From the NCBI GenBank assembly GCA_964383365.1, contig CAYLHF010000006.1:3568-67567 (forward strand): a DNA stretch of 64,000 nucleotides. Reading direction: 5' to 3'. Under the pieces are notes generated by a model. That model had not been told where the DNA came from. It was given only the letters and a program-made list of their open reading frames with translations, and made no database searches. The DNA comes from an uncultured Rhodothermales bacterium. Lineage in GTDB: Bacteria > Bacteroidota > Rhodothermia > Rhodothermales > UBA10348. Positions 40,313 to 48,718 of the stretch are shown here, in pieces (position 1 is the stretch's first letter; every line of letters begins with the position of its first letter). The position numbers were made by a program, and so were the translations under genes.

Positions 40313-41209
40313 TTAGAAGTCTATTCCATCTTCGGAACGAGCGATATTGATCATTCGATCTTTCACTCCGATCCAGGCCAGAAAGAGTCGATCCTGTCCT
40401 GACGCGAGAGTCGGCGACCTCCGGGTTGTCTCGTCGAGCCTGATTTTCGTGCCCCAGTCGATGCCCTCATCGGAGCGCATTACGTTCAGATTTCGATTTC
40501 CTTTTCCAACCCAGGACAGGTACAACCGATCGTTGAAGGAACAGAGCGCCGGACCATCGCTACTGGTATCGTCCAGTCGGACTTTCGCTCCCCAGTCGAT
40601 ACCGTCCTTGCTTCTCATGATGTTCAGATTCCCGTTGCCAGAGCCGGTCCACGCAAGAAATACTCTGCCATCATGCGAAGCGATCACAGGACGATCATCG
40701 GTCGTGTCATTCAGCCTGGTCTTGTTCTCCCAGTCGATGCCATCCTCCGATCGCATCACGTTCAATTTGGAATTTCCCGCCCCACGCCAGGCCAGGAACA
40801 GATACTCTCCGTTACTTGTGATCGCCGGCTCCAGATCGCTCGAATCGTCGAGTCGGATCTTGGTCTTCCAATCCACGCCTTCCTTGCTTCGCATCACGTT
40901 GAGGTGCCCGTCTTTGCCGGTCCACACCATGTATAGATACTTCCCGTGAGAGGCCAGTGCGGGTGGATGATCAGAACTGTCGGTGAGCCGGGTCTTTGCC
41001 CCCCAATCGACGCCGTCCGATGATCTCAGGACATTGATCTTGCCATCTCTACCCGTCCAGGCCATGTACATTCGTCCGTCATGTGTGGCAATAGCAGGGC
41101 CATGATCGCTGGATTCCGTCAGGCGTTGGGCCGTGACCGGTAACGATATCATGATCATCGTCACATATAGGACAAGAATGGTGCGTGCCCGCATTTTATT
41201 CATCTTCAT
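40313..41209 (-). CDS. Secreted six-bladed beta-propeller protein with one Asp-box (BNR-like) motif per blade; lectin-like
   Basis: Signal peptide MKMNKMRARTILVLYVTMIMISLPVTAQ, taking the ATG at about 41209. Six tandem ~47-aa repeats follow with consensus sSDxxPAlAShxgrLyLAWtGkgngnLNVMRSxDGiDWgtKtRLdd. Confidence 0.8.
   Translation of the reverse strand: MKMNKMRARTILVLYVTMIMISLPVTAQRLTESSDHGPAIATHDGRMYMAWTGRDGKINVLRSSDGVDWGAKTRLTDSSDHPPALASHGKYLYMVWTGKDGHLNVMRSKEGVDWKTKIRLDDSSDLEPAITSNGEYLFLAWRGAGNSKLNVMRSEDGIDWENKTRLNDTTDDRPVIASHDGRVFLAWTGSGNGNLNIMRSKDGIDWGAKVRLDDTSSDGPALCSFNDRLYLSWVGKGNRNLNVMRSDEGIDWGTKIRLDETTRRSPTLASGQDRLFLAWIGVKDRMINIARSEDGIDF
40316..41113 (-). repeat. Six tandem ~141-bp coding repeats (the propeller blades)
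   Basis: Repeat units are visible in the translation: SSDHGPAIATHDGRMYMAWTGRDGKINVLRSSDGVDWGAKTRLTD, SSDHPPALASHGKYLYMVWTGKDGHLNVMRSKEGVDWKTKIRLDD, and four more. Confidence 0.85.
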
Positions 41210-41375
41210 CGTGCATCCTCTGGGATAAGCTTCGTACAGGAACTCGGAGTATACCACTCTGGCGCGATTCATGCTCATCGGAACGTGCCCAATTTGAGCC
41301 GACAGTGCTCGATCCAACCCTCATTCGGGATGTCTTCACGTCTACCCCGAATGATTCTACAAAACGATTATACGT

Positions 41376-41879
41376 ATGAAAGCGTCATCCCGTACTGGAA
41401 CCGCCAGGCGACTGTTGATCGGGACTCTCCTGGCGTACGCGCTACTCGTGGGAACGCACCTCGGCGAATTCTGGCCATTCAGCATATATCCCATGTTTTC
41501 ACGCGGTGGACACGACTGGTCCAGGGCGATAGTCCGTGATATGAGCGCCGAGACCGATGCCATTCCCTGGACAACGGTAGGCATCGGCCATCTCCCCGGA
41601 GAAGCCTTTGCGCTCAATAGTTTGGCGATCAATCAGAATGATATCGCCAATTTCGTCGCCAAAGCGACCGATTGGTCTCCTGAGAGAATTGGCGCTATGC
41701 GAAAAGTTTTTGGATCTGTTTTGGGTTCGAAGAAGCTCCTTCTGTATCGCGCGGAAGGGAGGCTTCTCAAGGATAGCCGAGTCGAGATGACGTTTACACC
41801 ATTCGTCTTCATGACGCCCGAGAATACCGAGTTCAATCCAATGCTTAATATCTCGATTGCTTCGACGTCAAGACCATGA
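41376..41879 (+). CDS. Hypothetical N-terminally membrane-anchored protein
   Basis: 167 aa. N-terminal anchor RRLLIGTLLAYALLVGTHL, then FWPFSIYPMFS. Its stop overlaps the start of the next gene (ATGA). Confidence 0.55.
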   Translation: MKASSRTGTARRLLIGTLLAYALLVGTHLGEFWPFSIYPMFSRGGHDWSRAIVRDMSAETDAIPWTTVGIGHLPGEAFALNSLAINQNDIANFVAKATDWSPERIGAMRKVFGSVLGSKKLLLYRAEGRLLKDSRVEMTFTPFVFMTPENTEFNPMLNISIASTSRP

Positions 41880-42772
41880 GTACGTTGCTAAATAGACTGT
41901 TCGATTTCGACCGGCAAGAAACCGCCGGTGAAATGCTGTTCTACCGCCTTTTCGAATTGTTGATCATGTACTGGGTGGTCACGTTCGCATGGAAATGGGG
42001 CCTTTACATTCAGCGTCTGGGGGATGTTGTCCTGCCGCTCGGGATCGCCAACTATCTGGATGTCTCGTTTATGTTTTCCGGAGGATTGAGTATCTGGAAT
42101 GCAGCATTCATAACGGGGGCGTTCTTGGTGGGACTTTTCCGTTTGTCCCGTTTCGGATATCCTGCAGCGTTTGCCCTGATGCATCTTCAGTATGCGTCGA
42201 GATTTGTTCTCGGAGAGATCTCCCATGGATCCAACGTTATTGGCATGGCTCTGCTGGGGATGAGCCTCGCCGCGATCTTTTTCAGAGATCCGATCCTCCG
42301 ACGTCGATTTGTGCTCGGGTTCGTACTCTTTTTTGTCGGACTGGGTTACACCTCTGCCGCGCTCAGTAAACTCGTTGCGTCCGGTCCTCTCTGGGTTGAC
42401 GGCTCTCATCTCTGGATGTGGATCAATGAACGAACCGTGGATGTCTATTCGATCACCGGTGTTCTGTCCCATAACCTGTTGCAACGCATATTGTTGAATT
42501 CCCGACTCCTGTCTACTCTCCTGCTCTCATTCGGCCTGGTTACCGAGCTCTTCGGGATCACCATGTGGTACCGGAGACGCTGGATCGTCATGACACTCCT
42601 GTTCGGCATGCACATAGGAATCCTGATGAGTATGAAGATCAATTTCCCTGCCAATAATGCCATGCTACTGATTCTGGCATATCCGTGGGCAGACTTCATA
42701 GACCGATTCCTCCCTCTGTTGGGCAGGAACTCGCTTGATCGTTTGCGCAAATACGCGACACACCTTGCCTGA
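41876..42772 (+). CDS. Polytopic membrane protein, possibly HTTM/DoxX-like
   Basis: 298 aa, about 8 TM. The N-terminal EMLFYRLFELLIMYWVV resembles the start of the HTTM domain (weak, from memory only). Confidence 0.55.
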   Translation: MSTLLNRLFDFDRQETAGEMLFYRLFELLIMYWVVTFAWKWGLYIQRLGDVVLPLGIANYLDVSFMFSGGLSIWNAAFITGAFLVGLFRLSRFGYPAAFALMHLQYASRFVLGEISHGSNVIGMALLGMSLAAIFFRDPILRRRFVLGFVLFFVGLGYTSAALSKLVASGPLWVDGSHLWMWINERTVDVYSITGVLSHNLLQRILLNSRLLSTLLLSFGLVTELFGITMWYRRRWIVMTLLFGMHIGILMSMKINFPANNAMLLILAYPWADFIDRFLPLLGRNSLDRLRKYATHLA

Positions 42773-42858
42773 TAAATCATGAATCGCGCCTGTCGATGCC
42801 CTTTATACGAAACGGCCTGGTCTGACATTCCGTGGTCTGAAACGCGGTCGTCAGAAAC

Positions 42859-42888
42859 CTGCCCTTTGTGCCCCGCATTGAAGGGCAG
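42859..42888 (+). terminator. Hairpin downstream of the 41876-42772 gene
   Basis: CTGCCCTT-(14 nt)-AAGGGCAG followed by ACTTCTTAT. Confidence 0.4.
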
Positions 42889-42911
42889 ACTTCTTATGGC
42901 AGGTCTCCCTC

Positions 42912-44081
42912 ATGCGTTTAGTCCTGGTTACAACTGATTTTCCTCCTGCCGTCGGCGGAACGCAGACCTACGCGTTCGAACTGGCGGCTCGAATGCATAC
43001 CGAAGTAGACCGATTCGAGGTCGTTGCTCCGCGTGAAAATGGTTCGGACGAAGTGGACGAAGTGCTTCCATTTTCGGTCCACCGAATTCAGACCGGTGCC
43101 AATTTTTTCCCCCTTCGAGCGCGACAAAAGCTGAACCGACGCTTCAGAGAGGGGCGCGTCGACGCCGCATTTTGCGTGTCATGGCCGGCGGCCCTCGCCT
43201 GTCTTCTGGCCGGTAGCAAACGCTATGGCATTACACTCTTTTGTGCCGCACATGGAAGAGAATTGCTGCTGAATCCGTGGTCTCACGTGCCGCTCATTTC
43301 ACGGTTTCCCGGTGTGAGTTCTTTGTATCCACGACTCCGCGATCGGGTCCTGCAGTCGGTCGACACCTTCTTCCCGGTGAGCAGATATACAGGAACCCTC
43401 CTCAAGGACGCGGGAGTTGCGGAAGGCCGAATTCGCGTCCATGGTAACGGAACGGATCCCCGGCGGTTCTTCCCTGAGGATGCTTCGGATTTGAGGATGC
43501 AGTTGGGCGCATCTTCCAGACCGGTAGTGTTGTCCATTTGCCGCCTGGTCGAACGAAAGGGAATCGACACGCTCATTCGGTCGATCATCGCTGTCCGCCG
43601 TTTATTTCCCGATATATTCTGTCTGATCGGCGGTGACGGGCCCGACCGCCAGCGGCTGGAGGAACTCGTGGACCGCCTCAACCTGGATCGACATGTCCGT
43701 TTCTGCGGACGCATATCCTATTCCGAATTGAGATCCTATTATAATGTTTGTGATGTCTTCGCGATGCCGGCCAGGGAACAGATACCCGATGTCGAAGGGT
43801 TTGGCATTGTTTTTCTGGAAGCGTCGGCCTGTGGCAAACCGGTAATTGGTACCCGAACCGGAGGTATTCCGGATGCTGTCATCGACCAGTCGACCGGCAT
43901 TCTGATCAATCCAGACGATCCAGACGAATGTGCCGAGGCCCTGATCCAAATCCTCAGCGACGCTCAACTTGCCCGGCGCCTCGGCCGGTCGGGAGTCAAT
44001 CATGTTGCCCGGACTGCTAACTGGAATAGTGTAGCCACGGCTCTGATCGAGGACATGCGACCCGGCCTCGCGGAAAGATGA
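42912..44081 (+). CDS. GT4 glycosyltransferase (PimA/PimB/PIG-A-like)
   Basis: 389 aa. N-terminal MRLVLVTTDFPPAVGGTQTYAFELAARM and C-terminal VEGFGIVFLEASACGKPVIGTRTGGIPDAV (E-x7-E). Confidence 0.85.
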   Translation: MRLVLVTTDFPPAVGGTQTYAFELAARMHTEVDRFEVVAPRENGSDEVDEVLPFSVHRIQTGANFFPLRARQKLNRRFREGRVDAAFCVSWPAALACLLAGSKRYGITLFCAAHGRELLLNPWSHVPLISRFPGVSSLYPRLRDRVLQSVDTFFPVSRYTGTLLKDAGVAEGRIRVHGNGTDPRRFFPEDASDLRMQLGASSRPVVLSICRLVERKGIDTLIRSIIAVRRLFPDIFCLIGGDGPDRQRLEELVDRLNLDRHVRFCGRISYSELRSYYNVCDVFAMPAREQIPDVEGFGIVFLEASACGKPVIGTRTGGIPDAVIDQSTGILINPDDPDECAEALIQILSDAQLARRLGRSGVNHVARTANWNSVATALIEDMRPGLAER

Positions 44082-44171
44082 ATGCAGCCTGTCCGAAACG
44101 GACCCGCGTTCGATCTCTATGTTCGTATCTTCAGCCAATATCAACCCGGAATCACCACGTCAGCTTACGCT

Positions 44172-44591
44172 ATGAATACATTTGAGTCACTTTCTATTGG
44201 CGACTCCTTCTCCGTCGATCGATTAATCACATCCGAGGATGTGCAACTGTTTGCTGACGTAACGGGAGATGACAACCCGATTCATGTCGATGAGGAGTAT
44301 GCTTCACAAACGAGATTCGGGAGGCCGGTAGCCCATGGCGTTCTGCTCCTGGGAGTCATCTCCAAAGTGCTGGGAAGAGACTTCCCGGGTCCTGGTAGTA
44401 TCGCCGTGTCTATCTCGTGCAAGTTTCTCCGACCGGTTCCGGTTGGATCAACAATAACGGTCGAGGTAAAGGTCTTCGAAAAAAACGAAAAACATGGACA
44501 CGTCAAAATGCGTGTCTGGGTTTATCTGAACGGGAAGATGAGTGTTGCCGGGGAAGCCGTTCTTATTCCTCCGTCGGCCGAAAAAGGCTGA
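44172..44591 (+). CDS. MaoC-like (R)-specific enoyl-CoA hydratase / hot-dog dehydratase
   Basis: Motif FADVTGDDNPIHVDEEYA...FGRPVAHGVLL. The ATG at 44172 is preferred over the track start at 44082. Confidence 0.85.
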   Translation: MNTFESLSIGDSFSVDRLITSEDVQLFADVTGDDNPIHVDEEYASQTRFGRPVAHGVLLLGVISKVLGRDFPGPGSIAVSISCKFLRPVPVGSTITVEVKVFEKNEKHGHVKMRVWVYLNGKMSVAGEAVLIPPSAEKG

Positions 44592-44635
44592 GCGATCGGC
44601 TGTTTCGATGTGGAGCACTTCGTATATCCCCGGGC

Positions 44636-46126
44636 TCAACGAATCAGTTTATATTTTTTTCCTGATGGAAGGACGTCATCGAGTCTGACCTGATTCAGAA
44701 TGGCAAGGCCGTTCGGTGTTACCCCTGACGGTAATTTCACCGGAATGAGTGCGCGAAAAGCTCCGCTTCGAGAAACATGTTGCACATCCACACGGTCAGG
44801 CTGGGTCGCCAGAATGTCAGGATCGGACAGGGCAATAAATCCTTTCATAGTTGCCTGGAAATAACCGTCGTAGCTCTCGAATGTGTTTTTCGGAGCGAGG
44901 CCGATAAACCTGAACACGTTTCCTGCATAATCCACGAAGTGGACTCGAAGTCGCGTCTTCTGTCCGTTGGAATCCGAGACTTCGGCGATGACGTACCTGG
45001 CAGAAAGCCCGTTGGAACTGCCTATTCCAGACTGAACGGTCGTGATACCCTCCTGCTTTGAAAATGCTTCGGCAGCAAGTTTGGCCGTTGCATGATCGGC
45101 GTCGATATCAAAAATGACGCCGGCCGTCTGATCCTTGTTGATCAGAATCACTTGAGACGGCTGATTGACCACCTGGAATATCGCAGAGACCGGGAAGGCA
45201 AATTTCAATCTCGGATGGTAGAAGATCCCGTCTCTCTCAAATCCGTTTTGTGGATCGTCCCCGAACACCATGCCGTTTATGGCGTCCAGATAAGAAGGTC
45301 CGTCGACCCGTGTCATCGGCTCTTTGGCTGCCCACTCGGCAGACAGGCGCTTGATCGTCGACTCACGCTCACCGGGGTCCGGATGTGTACTCAGCATCGA
45401 GGGAATCTTTTGCCCGGATTGGTCACCGAGCCTCTTGAGCGATTGAAAAAAGTCAGCCGCGTGAGATGCATCATAACCGAGAAGAGCCGCATATTCTACG
45501 CCCAGCCGGTCAGACTCCCGTTCGTCGTCCCGACCGTAACTCAGAAACAACAGCTGCGTCGCGGCGCTTCCGTAGTTCAGGATATCCTGGGCGGCGCTTC
45601 CTCCAGCGAGAATTTGGCCGCCTACTGCTGAACCCAGTAACAATACTTGTGAAAACGATTGTTTGGCTGCTCTCTTGGAGGCATGACGACCGGCCACGTG
45701 TCCAATTTCATGTCCGAGTACAACCGCCAGCTGAGCCTGATCCTCGAGATGCGCCAGCAGGCCGCGTGTCACATACACGTAGCCTCCCGGGAGTGCGAAT
45801 GCATTTACGACGGGACTGTCGAGCACCCTGAAATGAAATTCTGTGGCCATCCATTCGGGATCAGCTCCGGCGCGTCGGAGATGACTGACCCCTACGAGTG
45901 ACTGTCCGATCTCTTCGACGTACCGTGCTAACTCGGCATCGTCATACAACCCGTACTGCTTGACGATTTCTGAGTCGGCAGTCCGTCCCAGATTGATCTC
46001 CTCCTGCCAGGAATAACCATAGGCTCTTTTCCGTCCACTGATGGGACTTTTTGAGACAATACATCCGGAAAGTATTACAGCAAGGATACCTATCCACAGA
46101 CAGGACCGTTTGCGAAAATTCTGCAT
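44636..46126 (-). CDS. M48-family zinc metallopeptidase, lipoprotein
   Basis: 496 aa. Lipobox ILSGC; zinc motif VLGHEIGHVAGRH. Confidence 0.88.
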   Translation of the reverse strand: MQNFRKRSCLWIGILAVILSGCIVSKSPISGRKRAYGYSWQEEINLGRTADSEIVKQYGLYDDAELARYVEEIGQSLVGVSHLRRAGADPEWMATEFHFRVLDSPVVNAFALPGGYVYVTRGLLAHLEDQAQLAVVLGHEIGHVAGRHASKRAAKQSFSQVLLLGSAVGGQILAGGSAAQDILNYGSAATQLLFLSYGRDDERESDRLGVEYAALLGYDASHAADFFQSLKRLGDQSGQKIPSMLSTHPDPGERESTIKRLSAEWAAKEPMTRVDGPSYLDAINGMVFGDDPQNGFERDGIFYHPRLKFAFPVSAIFQVVNQPSQVILINKDQTAGVIFDIDADHATAKLAAEAFSKQEGITTVQSGIGSSNGLSARYVIAEVSDSNGQKTRLRVHFVDYAGNVFRFIGLAPKNTFESYDGYFQATMKGFIALSDPDILATQPDRVDVQHVSRSGAFRALIPVKLPSGVTPNGLAILNQVRLDDVLPSGKKYKLIR

Positions 46127-46164
46127 TGTTCCTCGACGGTCTTTAATGAAGTAGCCGATGTCAG

Positions 46165-47328
46165 TCAGGTACTGATGGACGACGCGATGTCTTCTGTATC
46201 TAAAGGTCCTGGATTTATTTCGATTCGCCGGTTGTTTTTCGTGGAAAAATCTACCGATCCTTTAAAAATGTCTTTCCGCGCCGCTGTAATAATACACTGA
46301 TTATTGCTGTCAGCCTCTAGAATTTCAAGGAATATGCTGATTCTATCCTGGTCCAGGTTATCGAAAATATCGTCGAGGAGCATAATGGGGGCTTCTCCTG
46401 TCTGCTGTCTCAAATACTCGAATTGAGCCAGCTTCATTGCGAGTCCAAACGTTCGATGTTGGCCCTGAGATGCGTATCGGCGAACGTCCATGTCGTTCAG
46501 GAAAAAAACCACTTCGTCCCTGTGCGGTCCGATGAGTGTACTCCCTCGTTCGCGCTCTCGATCTTTCGTCTCTCCCAGCGCCAGTCTGAACCGATCTTGT
46601 ATTGATTCCGTGGTCCAGGAGTCGATATTCTCGCGAAATGGTCGGTATACCATTACCGGCTCCTCGACGACGGCGCGTAATTGCACGTAAGCATTCCGTA
46701 ACATTTCGGAGAAGCACACCAGGAAGTCCCGTCGGGAAGCAAGGATTGCGGTCCCTGATTGTACCAGGGATTCCGTATACGTTGCCAGAACGTCTTCATT
46801 GATCGGCTCGCGGCCGCGCCTTCCCCTGAAGAGGATCTCATTCCGCTGACGAAGCGTCCTCCGATATCTCATGACCTCGCTCAGGTATACCGGGCTGGAC
46901 TGGCTGATAATGTTGTTCAGAAATCGTCTTCGTTCCTCCGGCCCACCGGTTGTAAGCGACTGATCTTCCGGTGAATAGACGACGACCGGTAGTTGTCCGA
47001 CGAGTCTGGACAGTCGATCTATCGGACTACCGTTTATAAACACCCGTTTTCCATCGCGACCGGCATAAATAAGTCTGACATCAAGATGGTGTCTCCTTTC
47101 CCCTGTAAATGAGCCATCGATCTGAAAAAAAGGCTCATTACGTCGCAAAACGTATTGATCGCTCGATGTAAGAAAACTCTTGGTCAGGCACAGGTAATGT
47201 ATGGCCTCGAGCAGATTCGTCTTTCCCGCACCATTCGGCCCATGGATAATATTTATCCCATCGGAAAATTCGATTTCCGATGCTGCATGGGCACGGAAGT
47301 TCTTCAGTATCAGGGATTCGATAATCAT
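46165..47328 (-). CDS. recF: DNA replication and repair protein RecF
   Basis: Starts [15 protein letters not shown]; Walker [15 protein letters not shown]; signature-like SQGQHRT; Walker [14 protein letters not shown]. The start ATG at 47328 was verified in sequence; the track ORF extends to 47406. Confidence 0.93.
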   Translation of the reverse strand: MIIESLILKNFRAHAASEIEFSDGINIIHGPNGAGKTNLLEAIHYLCLTKSFLTSSDQYVLRRNEPFFQIDGSFTGERRHHLDVRLIYAGRDGKRVFINGSPIDRLSRLVGQLPVVVYSPEDQSLTTGGPEERRRFLNNIISQSSPVYLSEVMRYRRTLRQRNEILFRGRRGREPINEDVLATYTESLVQSGTAILASRRDFLVCFSEMLRNAYVQLRAVVEEPVMVYRPFRENIDSWTTESIQDRFRLALGETKDRERERGSTLIGPHRDEVVFFLNDMDVRRYASQGQHRTFGLAMKLAQFEYLRQQTGEAPIMLLDDIFDNLDQDRISIFLEILEADSNNQCIITAARKDIFKGSVDFSTKNNRRIEINPGPLDTEDIASSIST

Positions 47329-47468
47329 ACCATGCACGTGTACGTCCGGGGCGGTATTTGGATCTACATCGACTTCACGATCTTCCGTTTGATTCCGCTC
47401 TCGCAATTGAAGAACTTAGGGCTGAGATACCCTTCCTGTTTCGAAATACATTTGACGACGTCAAATTG

Positions 47469-48407
47469 ATGAAAGAAGAGAGTGCCCTGTTCGCAGAGCT
47501 TAAATCACTGGCAACGGAACAACGAAATCCGAATTCGATAAATTTCGATTCCGATTCAGTCGAAGACATTTTGCGGGTGATCAACCGGGAAGATCAGCAC
47601 GTCGCGGTTGCTGTTCAGTCCGAGATCCCATTCATCGCCGAGGCGGTTCGAATCGTAGTACATGCATTTCGCAACGGGGGTAGACTGTTTTATGCCGGTG
47701 CGGGAACGAGTGGTCGATTGGGTATTCTGGACGCATCGGAATGTCCTCCTACATTCGGAACACCCCCTGAGTGGGTTCAGGGACTCATAGCGGGAGGACC
47801 TCCTGCGGTATTCCGGTCCCAGGAAGGTGCCGAAGACCTCGAAGAAAACGGTGAAATCGCACTCAGGAAGGCAGGAATCGGCCCGGAAGATGTCGTATGC
47901 GGGATAGCGGCCAGTCGCAGAACTCCCTACGTCATCGGAGCAGTAAAATATGCACGTTCCCTGGGTTGTAGGACCCTGTTCGTCACCTGTACACCCAGGT
48001 CCGAGTTCCGTACAGAAGTCGATGTCGCAATCTGCCCTGTTGTCGGACCGGAAGTAATTATGGGTTCAACCCGAATGAAAAGTGGAACGGCCCAGAAACT
48101 GGTGTTGAATATGCTAACGACGGCCGCTATGGTACGACTCGGAAAAGTATATGAGAATATGATGGTCGACCTTCAGATGACCAATCAGAAACTCGTCGAG
48201 CGGTCCCGCCGGACGGTAATGACGGTAACCGGTATCGACTACACCACGGCCTCTGATGTATTGGCGGCTGCAGATGGTCACGTTAAAACAGCCCTTGTGA
48301 TGCATATCGCGAAAGCCACAAAATCGGAGGCAGAAGATCGGTTGAGGCGGTCCAACGGATTCGTGAGGCCCGCCATCGCAGGTCAATTGTACAATCCGGA
48401 TACGTAA
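47469..48407 (+). CDS. murQ: N-acetylmuramic acid 6-phosphate etherase
   Basis: SIS-domain motifs GAGTSGRLGILDASECPPTF and TEQRNPNS. The ATG at 47469 is preferred over the track start at 47358. Confidence 0.9.
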   Translation: MKEESALFAELKSLATEQRNPNSINFDSDSVEDILRVINREDQHVAVAVQSEIPFIAEAVRIVVHAFRNGGRLFYAGAGTSGRLGILDASECPPTFGTPPEWVQGLIAGGPPAVFRSQEGAEDLEENGEIALRKAGIGPEDVVCGIAASRRTPYVIGAVKYARSLGCRTLFVTCTPRSEFRTEVDVAICPVVGPEVIMGSTRMKSGTAQKLVLNMLTTAAMVRLGKVYENMMVDLQMTNQKLVERSRRTVMTVTGIDYTTASDVLAAADGHVKTALVMHIAKATKSEAEDRLRRSNGFVRPAIAGQLYNPDT

Positions 48408-48656
48408 TGGCAGGACTCCCGCGGAAGCGTATCTTTCCATCCGGAAGATCCGCTTTGGTTGCAGATCTATTACGGACGGCATTGACCTGGATATTCCTGT
48501 TCACCGGACTCAGAGCTGTTTGACCAACTATCTTCGACGTATTGTCGTATTGCAGAGCCCGGTTCCATTCGCCCTACTGGCACGTGGCGACCGGATTCAA
48601 ACAAAATATGGCCGTATTGTTGAAATTTGTATAGGTTATTTCAATAAACGTAGACA

Positions 48657-48672
48657 TGTTTCACGTGAAACA
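48657..48672. promoter_or_regulatory. parS: parS (ParB-binding centromere-like site), perfect consensus
   Basis: TGTTTCACGTGAAACA, embedded in the 22-bp palindrome ACATGTTTCACGTGAAACATGT, in the murQ-mfd intergenic region. Confidence 0.8.
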
Positions 48673-48718
48673 TGTTTCATGATCCCGCCTGCGAAATAGA
48701 GACGTCGATTGATCAATT

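Noticed and set aside
47358-47406. An apparent 49-bp head-to-head overlap of recF and murQ. Similar 5' extensions appear in the track for gyrB (to 24841), the MMPL gene (to 38630), yidC (to 59138), the propeller (to 41317), MaoC (from 44082) and the BatA-like gene (to 30035).
   Set aside because: Internal start codons give N-termini that match the families (for example [11 protein letters not shown] for RecF and MNRIFESL for the MMPL protein) and remove the overlaps. The extensions are artefacts of calling the longest ORF.
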